A stretch of DNA of 64,000 nt from Octopus sinensis (lineage: Eukaryota): positions 1 to 64,000 of the forward strand of contig NW_021832528.1 of NCBI RefSeq assembly GCF_006345805.1, read 5' to 3'. Below the pieces are notes generated by a model. That model saw only the letters and a list, made by a program, of their open reading frames with translations, was not told the DNA's origin and made no database searches. Below, piece after piece: positions 51,401-64,000 of this stretch. Position 1 is the stretch's first letter; each line of letters begins with the position of its first letter. Made by a program: the position numbers and the translations under genes.

Positions 51401-51984
51401 GGTGAGCGTATTTTTGATGAAGAAAGTGAGACATTTGAAAACTTGTATCCTTGCTGACTTTGAAATGAGAAGAGGAATTTTCAAAGATCTTCGAAAGCTG
51501 GACATTTTAATGAGGAATAAGTTGGCATCCAATTGATGAGCATTAGCACTGGTTGCCTTTTAGAGGGTTCAGGGGAACCAGGGGGTGGGGTGCAGTTCGG
51601 AAGGAGGCATGAGGGGCACGCCCATTTTGTGATAGCTGATGCAGTTTTTTACTCAACTTGACACAGTACAGTTGGTTACATCGAAAGCAGCGGATACTTT
51701 TTTTCCAGGGGGAAGAGGCTGCAGGCTTCACAAATCGAGCTCTCGCGAAGGAAATTGCGAATAGGAAGGCACGGATTCCTGGGATAATGAGGAAAGAGAT
51801 GAAAAAGAAAATAAGATAGGAAAAAAAGAGTGAGATGAAAGAAAAAATGGGGTAGTCAAAAGAGAATAAAATGAAAGAGAGTGGGTTAATTAGATCAAAA
51901 AAAGTAAAAAGAAGTGATAAGAGAAAGAAAACAGAGAATGAAAAAGAAAATGAAATGGACAACAATAATCAGATTTTTTCTGAT

Positions 51985-53633
51985 TAAGAGAATTTAAGTA
52001 GTAATGAAACGTAACATGTTCTGCTGTGAATCTAATTTCCTGTCGATACTGAATGAAAGTGGAGGTAAAGTTTTTTGCAAATCCTGATTTCTATTTCTGA
52101 TTTTCGTTTCCTGCCAAATTTTACACTGGAAGTAGACATATATCAAAAAAATTGTATTTTAATTTCTGAAAATAATAAAATATTTTATTTATTTATTTGA
52201 TGTTTTAAAATGAAAGAGATAATATTTATAAAAAATAAGTCAATGAATTGTGAATAATTTTATCATAAATGATCGAATTGGTGATTCTTCTAGTTTTTAA
52301 AACTACAAAAGCTACATTAACAAATTGTGAAATGTCAAAAGGCAATAATACGTTTTTTTTACAAATTTTAAAATGTTCGTAGGGCTCTTCGAGATTGCAT
52401 TTATCAATCAGACGGAACTTTTTATTCAAATATAACAAGACTAAAGATATTTAAAAATGTTTTTTTTGTTGAAAGGCCAAATTTTCGAATTTTCACATCA
52501 CTTGAAATATTGTTGATAATTGTCAATATATTATTGTAGTGACTGTTATGGTTCTTTGATGTATATTATGAATGACACATTTCATGGACTGACATCATTA
52601 AATACAGTGTAATGACTTAAATAAATTAATTTTTAACTACAGGTCGCTCCTTAACTGCAGGGAATTGCAATATTTCAGTCGTTCGGCATTTTTGACTTGT
52701 TCGAGTTTGAAATATCTGTATTTTTAAGTATAACAAAATTTTAGTCTTTTGCCGCAATACAAAACGTTCCGTCCGTTTATCAACATTCAATACAAAATTT
52801 ATTTTGAAATGTCTATAATGTGCCTTCAAATTAGTGAATCACAGCCAATATCGTATTCATTTCGATCTTCTAGTTTAGAATACTTGGAGGCGAGGATGCT
52901 CGGTTCATGCTAGAGTATGTCCATATCTATTTAATAGCATAGTAATGACTTCAAGTGGCGTTTATTTTCCGGAACTTTCACATTGACCACTGTGGGAGCC
53001 ACAGGTATGAATATTACTTATCCAAGCATGCAATGAGTGTCTCCCATACGATTCAGACAACGCCCTATGCTATAATGTCTAAAAATAATACAAATATTAA
53101 CAGTTTTTCTAATAATACTAATATTCTTTCCTGTTCTTAATTAACCTCATTTCCGTTATTAAAATTCTTTATCTGTTCAATTTAGTATTTTACAAAGTTC
53201 AATTTTTTTCCTCAACTTTTATCCTAGTTTTCCCACCCATTTAAGTTAGCGACTTCGTCCAAGATACCCGAACATTGTGGAGTAGTGTATCCCAAAGGAA
53301 CTTCACCATCAGTGTTGCCGAAAACACATGTAGAACAAGGCTATGTATCGGCTGAATCATTTTTTATACGTGATATGCTCAGATATCAGGAAATGACACA
53401 ATTCATCCTCCTAATTAATTACGACATTTATTTTCTCAATCAAGAAATTGATCTCCCGAATACTGTTGCATTTCTTTGAGACGCGTGGTATCGTCGGTGA
53501 GAAAGAAAATGTATAAAAAGTGCATATTCCGTTTATTTATATATATCTCTCAAACCAAACCAGTTGCCATACTTTGCCATCAAATTAATTGAAAAAGAAA
53601 TAAAAATTCAATCAGTCTTGTATTAGTAGCAAC
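51985..53633 (+). repeat. About 2.2-kb repeat family, copy B (3'-truncated)
   Basis: Diverged colinear copy of 46915-49700 without the LINE insert. Confidence 0.85.
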
Positions 53634-53699
53634 TTCTTGAGTGAAAAATACTAACTTGAAGCCGAATAAATAAATTTGTCAGGAAATAAAACTAGAACA

Positions 53700-55257
53700 A
53701 CAAATTCTTGTGGTGCCTTTTCTTATAATATTATAATAAATTTCCTGAACATCTTACAAAGCAAAAAAATATAGACTAGTTTAGAAAATTGAAAATTTTA
53801 CTGTAATTAATGAAAGGTATCATACAAATTGTAAATGTATAGATTGTATCTTAAATGTGCGAATTCAGATCACAAGCTAGTGATTTGTCTAGACAATGAA
53901 CCCGAAATGGAGATCGTTGCTAAAAGTTTGCATGACTTCTCGCATGGAGGAGTTAACAAAATTGAATATGAATGTCGACAACGATATTTCACAGTTAAAA
54001 ATGAGATTATTCGAAAAGTCATTCGAAACTGTGAAATTTGTAAATTTGCGCGACCCTTAAAAGTTTTAACTTTTTTAAATCCTAGATTGGAGATATAAAT
54101 AACCATGTCTTTGCATCTTGCCCAAATGAAAGATTTCAGATAGATCTTATAGATCTGAAAAGTTTTTCTACTATAAATAAAAATTTTAAATGGATTTTAA
54201 CGGCCATTGACGTATATAGCAGGTTAGTTTTTTTAACAATTTTTATAGATTTGCATTTGCGAGGCCGCTTTACACTAAGTCCTCAAATGAAGTTTGTGAA
54301 AACCTCAGATCATTATCTTTCTTAAATGGTCCGTGTCAATTTCTTCAGTCCGATAATGGGACTGAATTCAAGAATCGTGAAATGACCAATCTATGTGAGG
54401 AATTCAATATCAAACGAATTCACGGAAGACCAAACAATCCCCGCTCACTAGGGATTGTCGAACGCTTCAACCAGTCAATTACTAGAAAAATGGCAAAAAT
54501 GATCGACAATGATAATAAAAAGTGGCTGGAAAAATTAGAAAATGCAGTGTACAATCATAACATTTCTGTCCACTCATTTTCTAATGAGAGCCCTTTTGAA
54601 AGATACCGGGGAATAAGTGGAATAAATACAATATTTTATGGTTGTAATTATAAAATTATTCCTTAGATAATTCAAGTAATGATTTGTTGAGTCCTGATCA
54701 AGTCGATGATGCAAACAATTGTCCGAGTCCAATTGAAAATTCATGTAATTTGAATTTCTATATGTAGATGATTGTAATTATTTGTTTACAAGTCCGAAAG
54801 GATTTCAGTTCGAAATCAACCCCATTGATCCTAATTCTAATTATTACAAAGCGATGAACAGAAAAGTGAATGTTCACAATAGTAAGTATGAATTTAGTGT
54901 TGGTGGTAAAGCATGCATAAAAATTAATGTTTAGGTTCGAGTTAAAAAAGACTTGGGAACAGACTTGGGAACAAAAAAGACTTGGACTGGATAAGTTTGA
55001 ATCTCCATATTATCCATCTGCAGAAATTATCAGTATTTTATCAAACAATCGCGTTGAGGTAGTTTAAACATTTAAATTTAATAGATAAAAAATTCGATGA
55101 GCGAAATTTCGATTGTGCAAATGTCCAGACTTAAAAAATAATTAGCAAGTTATTATTCTTTGAAGTTTAATATTGATTACAATATTGACACTAAGTTAAG
55201 CTTCAAGGTCACGTCAGGTATCACGCGGCCCATAGGCATCACGCAAACCATGTCACA
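53700..55257 (+). mobile_element. Ginger-type (retroviral-like integrase) DNA transposon with micro-introns
   Basis: HHCC finger (HDFSHGG...CEIC), DDE triad QIDLID / QSDNG / IVERFN, 23-26 nt GT-AG introns restore the frame; right end ...CCATGTCACA (TGT-start terminus); no RT or LTR seen. Confidence 0.75.
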
Positions 55258-55263
55258 TATTAG

Positions 55264-57331
55264 CAGGGTTGTTAAAAATCATGATTTTTTTCAAAAAAAT
55301 CAAAAAAATCTGATTTTTTTGATTTAATCACGATTTTTTTGATTTAAATCAGATTTTTTTGAATTAAATGATCTTTATTTCAAAACGACCCTTTCCACCT
55401 GGCTTATCAGAGAACCTCTCTCTTTGTACATAAACACTGAAAAACGGCCACGCAGAACGATCTATCGTAGTTCCTTATGTCCACCGGGATCACTTAACTA
55501 GTTTGCATTACGCTTTTTCTTTGTGGTCTTCGGGTTAATAAATAAAAAAATATTTCAAAGCGAATAAAATAAAAAACAAAAACAATGGAAATCGTTTTTA
55601 TTTATTTAAAAGCTTGTAAATGGAAACAAGTTTGGCTGCTTTTTCGATCCCCAGCCTATTGCGTACATTTGAATGTAGAAATCCGAATGTTGAAAAGATT
55701 CTTTCTATTCCACCTGTCGAAGCAACTGCTCCAAGAATTTTTTTGCATAGTGAAATTACTTGTGAAGGTAACTGGTATGAATTCGACTCCCACCAAGCTA
55801 TAGGTGATACTTTACTCAATAATTCGGAGCAAACATGTATTGTTTAAATGGATCAGCTTTTGCTCTGAAATTAATCAGAGTCGGAAGTGCATATTCATAA
55901 TTTTGAGCAAATAACTCAATGCAATGTCAATCTCAACATTTGAAAGAGATTTCCCACTACATGTCGGGTCGATCAAATTCGCAAGTAAGTGGAAAGGTGT
56001 TAATGCTTGTTTTGCTCGAATTCTCACTTTTCCTAAAATATTCGTACATCCATTGTCAATATATGTCTGTTCAAGTTCTTTCCAAATTTCTACAGCATGA
56101 CTAATCGTGGTAGAATCATTCTGAATTTTATCTAAAGCGACAGCAATTGGTTTAATAAGCATCAGATATTCTTCAACGCGTCGTTTTAGGGAAATATTTT
56201 GGACCTTGGAAAAAATCTCTGTATCAATATCCGTTCTGTGTTCCTCACAAGTTCTCAAAATAATAGACCAATTATCCAGATAAGATTGAAAACAGTCTGA
56301 TAAAGTGTTCCACCGTACATCAATCGGAAGAACGAGTTTTTTTCCTCCATTAGATTTGTACCATGCAGCTGGAAGATGGACGTTTCGGAAATATTTATTG
56401 ATTGTTACAATAGTTCCTTTAACGTCCGCTACCTCGACATCCTTCACAAGAAGGTTGAGATAATGTGCCGAGCAACCATAAGTAATTATTTCATTGCCAT
56501 CTTCCATCATTATCCGTCTCATTTTAGTCATGTTGGCAGCATTATCCGTTACAAGACTGCCGATTTTACATCCAAACCGTTGTTCAGCCAATTGTGCGGA
56601 GGCTAAAGCAACAGATTGAAGATATTCCGCAGTGTGGCTATATCCAGAAGTGTCCACAGTGTCAATGAGATAATTTTCCCCATCGGATGTCACAACCGAG
56701 ACACAAATAACGGGTTCATTATGAATGTTGCTCCACCCGTCCAACATCATAGACACTGTTTTGTCCTGGAGTCTTTGTCGACAGTCTTCATGTATTTGGT
56801 CGTACACATGATCAAGTAATGTACCACCAATTTGATGACGAGAGGGTAAACGATACCCAGGAAGAAGCATTTGGACGAATTTGACAAATTCGGGATGTTC
56901 TACAGCAGCAAACGGAGTGTTTGTAGAAAATATGTATCTAGCGAGTTGCAGATCCATCAAATCTTTCTTAGATGAAGTCGTCGTAGTTACGAAATTGATT
57001 AATGAATGGTCCTTCATCCTTGGAGGAAATTCGCTTTCAGGTCTCGGCATATTTTCAGGGATATCAATATTACTTCGACATAATAAATGATGCTGCCTCA
57101 TCCGAGATACAAGACCTTGTATGTCCTTCCCACAATTACGACATCTGGCACGGCTTCCGGTCTTTCCAGGAATAATACGTTTATCAAAATAAGCCCACAA
57201 AGAATCACGCTTCTTCCAGACATTTAAAAAAATTTAAATGATTTTTTTGATTTTTTTGATTTTTTTTAATGATTTAAATCATTGATTTTTATTGTTGATT
57301 AAAATCAAATGATTTAAATCTAACAACCCTG
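55264..57331 (-). mobile_element. hAT DNA transposon with BED-finger transposase, near intact
   Basis: Perfect 11-bp TIR CAGGGTTGTTA / TAACAACCCTG; 8-bp TSD CATATTAG at 55256-55263 and 57332-57339; DGWS, TDNAANM, CSAHYLNL, RWN, ERIFS motifs; subterminal GATTTAAATC/GATTTTTT repeats; frameshifts near 57210 and 55880. Confidence 0.95.
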
Positions 57332-58139
57332 CATATTAGTAGCAACTTCTTGAGTGAAAAATACTAACTTGAAGCCGAATAAATAAATTTGTCATGAAAT
57401 AAAATGAACAAGTTTTGTTATCTCTACTCTCTACTCTTCGGGTGTAGTTTGAAATTACCAAGATAATAAAATTAGCCGAACAAGTCAATCGGATTTTGGT
57501 GATCTCGGCCAAGAGGAAAAGAATTACGCTTTTCTTTAAAAAAATAAATCAAAATATCATAATAATTATTTTATAAAACTTAGTAAAATCCTTTATTAAT
57601 CCAAGAAATCATTAAATTAGTTAAATTTATTTTAAATTCCTTTTTCTAAATAGTTTTTCCAATTCTGATTACTGGTTGAGTTTCCTCTCCTCCTCGGCAT
57701 ACTTAATTAAAAGTAGAACAATACATATTCCATAAGTTTTGATCTTTTCACAAACATTGCTGCGACTTCCAGGTCAACTGCCGCTTTTTTGTCTTCGTTC
57801 TTGGCTTTGTTCAGCTTTTTCAATTAAAATGTTTATCCAATTCAGTTTTAGAAGAGTTGACTCCACTTGTACTTTTAATGATTAATTTTACGTTTTAACT
57901 GACACCTTGATTTCGGATTTGAAATCTTTCGGCAGGTGTGCCATTAAAAGTGTTTTTTATTCCGAATAATTTATTATTTAAAAAATTATAAAATTAATTA
58001 AATGATATATCAAGTAATTGCTATGATACAAATTATCAAATATTTTAAAATAATGTAGTTTTATCAACACAAGTATATATTTTAATTATAAAATAAATAA
58101 TTTTAAATAAAAATAAATAAAACGTGTTAAATTAGTGTC

Positions 58140-58538
58140 ATGTTGATCTCTCAGTTGTGTCGCCGGTGGAATATAATAGCGTAGGGATTATACCTTATAT
58201 TAGACACTCCCAAAGACAGTGTCAGAACGTCCCGTGGGATCCTTCCTCGAGGTCTCAGGGAGCCTCCGACATAACCGACTTATTCGACGACAAATACTGG
58301 AAAGTATCCCATCCTGACTATTCAGATGTCCGACCAGCTGTACGTCTCAGTCAAGCAGTTCAATGGATCCAACAATGTCAACATCCGACGATACTTCGAG
58401 ACAAACGGGAGGGTTTTCCCCACCAAAAAAGGTGCTTTTCTCCTTCTATTTTTAGGAGTTTTTTTAAATCTTGAGCAGTGGAATCACTTCAAGTCCATTA
58501 TCGACGAAATTGATAAGGCAATGTGTACTCAGGATTAA
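58140..58538 (+). CDS. SUB1: PC4/Sub1-family ssDNA-binding protein
   Basis: YVSVKQFNGSNNVNIRRYF...PTKKGVFLNLEQWNHFKSIIDEIDKA; introns of 23, 22 and 24 nt. Confidence 0.85.
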
Positions 58539-58599
58539 AATTTACTTTTTGTCTCTTTTCTTTACAATTTGGATTTAAAAATATATTAATTAAAAATTA

Positions 58600-59412
58600 T
58601 TATTTATAAAAAGAAGGAGGTGTTTCGAATCTGGGGACTCTGGAAGTCTAAAGGCTTGAATCAACACCCTGAAGAGTCGGATCGACGAGCTGACTAAAGC
58701 TAACACAGATGAGGCATGGAAGAGAGAATGCTTAAAACTCAACAAGAAAAATCCTAAATTCTGGAAACTATACAAAATAATGAACGGGACGGAGGCGAAA
58801 GGTGAAGAAATCATTCTTAAATCGGTGGATGGAGGCTTTGTTCCTCCTACTGAGGAAGTCCCGGAGGTCTTCCGCCAGCAGCTAGCAGGGATTCAGGAGG
58901 TGGACCCTTCGTCTATCCTGCCTCTGAAAATATTCGAGGAGTCGATCCGAAATTCCCGCTCAAAATTTGTTTTGGATGGACCCTTGTGCAGGGAAATAAC
59001 CACGGAAGAGACGTTCGAAGCAATCAGAGGTTGCAAGAACAACGCTCCTGGATTTGACTTCATCCCTATGGAGGTGTTCAAGAAGGCACCCGGATGCTTG
59101 CTTCGTATTCTGGTAAAACTATTCAATGCCAGTTGGGACAATGGTCACGTCCCATCTAGCTGGAAACGAACAATCGTCCGAATGATCCCAAAACCTGGAA
59201 AACAAAATACGCAGGCAGGAAGTTATAGGCCAATTAGCCTTATCTGCACAACGTCGAGGATAATGGAAAGAATTATTTTCAATCGTTTATCGGCTTACGT
59301 GGAACAAAATAATATACTCGCGGAGGAACAGTGGGGTTTTAGACCTGGTCGTTCAACCGGTCACTGTTTCTCGCTTCTTGAGGAAGAACTGTCTCGGGCT
59401 AACATTAATTGA
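58600..59412 (+). mobile_element. Non-LTR ORF2 fragment (pre-RT and RT domains 0-2), 3'-truncated
   Basis: APGFDFIP, PSSWK...MIPKPGK, SYRPISL, QWGFRPGRST. Confidence 0.88.
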
Positions 59413-62400
59413 AGGTCAGTGTAACGCGCATCCCATACGTATCATGTGGCCCATGTCACATAATAAAATTATTAAATTAAAAGATAGTTAAGTTTTGAAA
59501 GTTTTAAAATAATAACGACCAACACCTTAAAACTGGGGTTCTCAACCTTTTTAGACTAGAATCACTTTTGCACCATAGATTTTTGAGAAGACCACTTTAT
59601 ATAAAATAAATATTTTTTGCTATTAGCGCACAAGTTATGAGAACGTGTTTAAAAAACCCTCACTTCATTAAAAATCATTAGAATAGTAACTCATCCAATA
59701 AAAGTTTCGAAAGTACTCGCACACTACAAATCAGTCAGTCAACATACCAAATCGTGGGCGTAACTCGAGGATATCGCACTGCACGTGGATCCCCCAGAAC
59801 AACAAAGTCTTAATATTACCAAATCCTACTGATCGAGCAAAGGCAGTTCATGACCGGCCGACAGTTCTCCATTTCCCTCTTTAAAATGACCAGTGGGTTG
59901 CACTTCAATGAAACGTCCTTGTCCTTCATTTTTCTTATTTTCCCGTGTTTTAGATAAAAAAAACGCCTTTTAACTAAGTTTGAATGCCAACTTTGTAGAC
60001 AATAATTCGTTGCTACTAATACAAGACTGATTCAATATTTATTTCTTTTTCAATTAATTTACGGTAAAGTATGGCAACTGGTTTGGTTTGAGAGATATAT
60101 AAATAAACGGAATATGCACTTTTTATACATTTTCCTTCTCACCGACGAGACCACACGTCTCGAGGGGATGCCGCACTATTCGGGAGATTAATTTGTGATT
60201 GAGAAAATAAATGTGTTAATTAATTAGGAGGATAAATATTAGTAATACACAAAAGAATGGTCATATTTGTGTCATTTCCTGATATCTGAGCATATCACGT
60301 AGTCCCGACATTTGACTCATTGCAAGCTTGTATAAGTAATATAAAAAATGATTCAGCCGATACATAGCCTTGTTCTATATGTGTTTTCGGCAACACTGAT
60401 GGTGAAGTTCCTTTGGGATACACTACTCCACAATGTTCGGGTATCTTGGACAAAGTCGCTCACTTAAATGGGTGGGAAAGTTAGGATAAAAGTTGAGGAA
60501 AAAAATTGAACTTTGCAAAAAACTAAATTGAACAGATAAAGAATTTCAATAACGGAAATGAGGTTAATTAAGAACAGGAATGAATATTAGTATTATAAGA
60601 AAAACTGTTAATATTTGTATTATTTTTAGACATTATAGCATAGAACGTTGTCTGAATCGTATGGGAGGCACTCATTGCATGCTTGGATAAGTAATATTCA
60701 TACCTGTGGCTCCCAAAGTGGTCAATGTAAAATTTCCGGAAAACATTCGCCACACAGAATCGCTACTAGGCTATTAAATTGATATTGGCATACTCTAGCA
60801 TAAGCCAAGCATTCCTGCCTCCAAGTATTCTAAACTTGAAGATCGAAATGAATACGATATTGGCTGTGAATCACTAATTTGAAGGCACATTATAGACATT
60901 TCAAAATAAATTTCGTATTGAATGTTGATAAACGGACGGAACGTTTTGTATTGCGGCAAAACACTAAAATTTTGTTATACTTAAAAATACAGATATTTCA
61001 ATCTCGAACAAGTCAAAAATGCCGAACGACTGAAATATTGCAATCCCCTGCAGCTAAAAAGCCACCTGTAGTAAAAATTAATTTATTTAAGTCATTACAC
61101 TGTATTTAATGATGTCAGTCCATGAAATGTGTCATTCATAATATACATCAAAGAACCATAACAGTCACTACAATAATATATTGACAATTATCAACAATAT
61201 TTCAAGTGATGGGAAAATACGAAAATTTGGCCTTTCAACAAAAAAAACGTTTTTTTCTATTTTAAGCTTTTTTATATTTGAATAAAAAGTTCCGTCTGTT
61301 TGATAAATGCAATTTTGAAGAGCCCTACGAACATTTTAAAATTTGTAAAAAAACGTATTATTGTCTTTTGATATTTCACAATTGGTTAATGTAGCTTTTG
61401 TAGCTTTAAAAACTAGAAGAATCACCAATCCGATCATTTATGATAAAATTATTCACAATTCATTGACTTATTTTTTTTATAAATATTATATCTTTCATTT
61501 TGAAACATCAAATAAATAAATAAAATATTTTATTATTCACAGTAATTAAAATCCAATTTTGTTTTGAAATATGTCCACTTCCGGTGGAGCATTTGACAGA
61601 AAACGAGAATCAGAAATAGAAATGAGGATTTTCAAAGAACTTCACCTCCATTTTCATTCCGAATTCATTATTTTCAATCGTCTATCGGCTTACGTGGAAC
61701 AAAATAATATACTCGCGGAGGAACAGTGGGGTTTTAGACCTGGTCGTTCAACCGGTCACTGTTTCTCGCTTCTTGAGGAAGAACTGTCTCGGGCTAACAT
61801 TAATTGAAGGTCAGTGTAACGCGCATCCCATACGTATCATGTGGCCCATGTCACATAATAAAATTATTAAATTAAAAGATAGTTAAGTTTTGAAAGTTTT
61901 AAAATAATAACGACCAACACTTAAAAACTGGGGTTCTCAACTTTTTAGACTAGAATCACTTTTGCCACCATAGATTTTTGAGAAGACCACTTTATATAAA
62001 ATAAATATTTTTTGCTATTAGCGCACAAGTTATGAGAACGTGTTAAAAACCCTCACTTCATTAAAAATCATTAGAATAGTAACTCATCCAATAAAAGTTT
62101 CGAAAGTACTCGCACACTACAATCAGTCAGTCAACATACCAAATCGTGGGGGCGTAACTCGAGGATATCGCACTGCACGTGGATCCCCCAGAACAACAAA
62201 GTCTTAATATTACCAAATCCTACTGATCGAGCAAAGGCAGTTCATGACCGGCCGACAGTTCTCCATTTCCCTCTTTAAAATGACCAGTGGGTTGCACTTC
62301 AATGAAACGTCCTTGTCCTTCATTTTTCTTATTTTCCCGTGTTTTAGATAAAAAAAACGCTTTTAACTAAGTTTGAATGCCAACTTTGTAGACAATAATT

Positions 62401-64000
62401 CGTGCTACTAATACAAGACTGATTCAATATTTATTTCTTTTTCAATTAATTTACGGTAAAGTATGGCAACTGGTTTGGTTTGAGAGATATATAAATAAAC
62501 GGAATATGCACTTTTTATACATTTTCCTTCTCACCGACGAGACCACACGTCTCGAGGGGATGCCGCACTATTCGGGAGATTAATTTGTGATTGAGAAAAT
62601 AAATGTGTTAATTAATTAGGAGATAAATATTAGTAATACACAAAAGAATGGTCATATTTGTGTCATTTCCTGATATCTGAGCATATCACGTAGTCCCGAC
62701 ATTGACTCATTGCAAGCTTGTATAAGTAATATAAAAAATGATTCAGCCGATACATAGCCTTGTTCTATATGTGTTTTCGGCAACACTGATGGTGAAGTTC
62801 CTTTGGGATACACTACTCCACAATGTTCGGGTATCTTGGACAAAGTCGCTCACTTAAATGGGTGGGAAAGTTAGGATAAAAGTTGAGGAAAAAAATTGAA
62901 CTTTGCAAAAAACTAAATTGAACAGATAAAGAATTTCAATAACGGAAATGAGGTTAATTAAGAACAGGAATGAATATTAGTATTATAAGAAAAACTGTTA
63001 ATATTTGTATTATTTTTAGACATTATAGCATAGAACGTTGTCTGAATCGTATGGGAGGCACTCATTGCATGCTTGGATAAGTAATATTCATACCTGTGGC
63101 TCCCAAAGTGGTCAATGTAAAATTTCCGGAAAACATTCGCCACACAGAATCGCTACTAGGCTATTAAATTGATATTGGCATACTCTAGCATAAGCCAAGC
63201 ATTCCTGCCTCCAAGTATTCTAAACTTGAAGATCGAAATGAATACGATATGGCTGTGAATCACTATTTGAAGGCACATTATAGACATTTCAAAATAAATT
63301 TCGTATTGAATGTTGATAAACGGACGGAACGTTTTGTATTGCGGCAAAACACTAAAATTTTGTTATACTTAAAAATACAGATATGTCAAACTCGAACAAG
63401 TCAAAAATGCCGAACGACTAAAATATTGCAATCCCCTGCAGCTAAAAAGCCACCTGTAGTAAAAATTAATTTATTTAGGTCATTACACTGTATTTAATGA
63501 TGCCAGTCCATTAAAAGTGTCATTCATAATATACATCAAGGAACCATAACAGTAACTACAAAAATATATTGACAATTATCAACAATATTTCAAGTGATGG
63601 GAAAATACGAAAATTTGGCCTTTCAAAAAAAAAAAACGTTTTTTTCTATTTTAAGCTTTTTTATATTTGAATAAAAAGTTCCGTCTGTTTGATAAATGCA
63701 ATTTTGAAGAGCCCTACGAACATTTTAAAATTTGTAAAAAAACGTATTATTGTCTTTTGATATTTACAATTGGTTAATGTAGCTTTTGTAGCTTAAAAAC
63801 TAGAAGAATCACCAATCCGATCATTTATGATAAAATTATTCACAATTCATTGACTTATTTTTTTTTATAAATATTATATCTTTCATTTTGAAACATCAAA
63901 TAAATAAATAAAAAATATTTTATTATCACAGTAATTAAAATCCAATTTTGTTTTGAAATATGTCCACTTCCGGTGGAGCATTTGACAGAAAACGAGAATC
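59270..64000 (-). repeat. About 2.4-kb tandem duplication carrying inverted copies C and D of the repeat family
   Basis: 59272-61610 is repeated from about 61668 to the window end, including the RT tail IIFNRLSAYVEQ...NIN* and a CCCATGTCACA terminus. Confidence 0.9.

Noticed and set aside
51543-51965. Hydrophobic Phe/Ser/Ile-rich membrane-protein ORF
   Set aside because: Arises from a low-complexity purine tract on the plus strand within TE debris

Overview
Eukaryotic, almost certainly metazoan, nuclear DNA from a very compact genome. About 22 recognisable genes (RPN1, NDUFA8, KDELR, SAR1, SGTA, Pumilio, CIP4/TOCA, RAN, PLC-beta, TDP-43, KATNB1, a Cdc42-like GTPase, ARHGAP39-like, DRC1, PICALM, VAMP, PRMT5, SUB1/PC4 and others) are split by 22-29 nt spliceosomal micro-introns and packed with spacers as short as 6-11 bp. 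They are interleaved with AT-rich transposon debris: non-LTR RT relics, Tc1 pieces, two hAT elements with TIRs and 8-bp TSDs, an intron-containing Ginger-type integrase, a 169-bp satellite and a roughly 2.2-kb repeat family. Micro-introns plus metazoan and motile-cilium genes suggest a dicyemid-like organism, which is inference only. The most striking unexplained signal is a gene-scale compositional switch: many genes run from strongly G(T)-rich at the 5' end to strongly C(A)-rich at the 3' end, on either strand, in exons and most introns. The pattern resets at AT-rich spacers and visibly reshapes protein composition. Gene models were spliced by eye and family calls rest on recalled motifs, not database searches.
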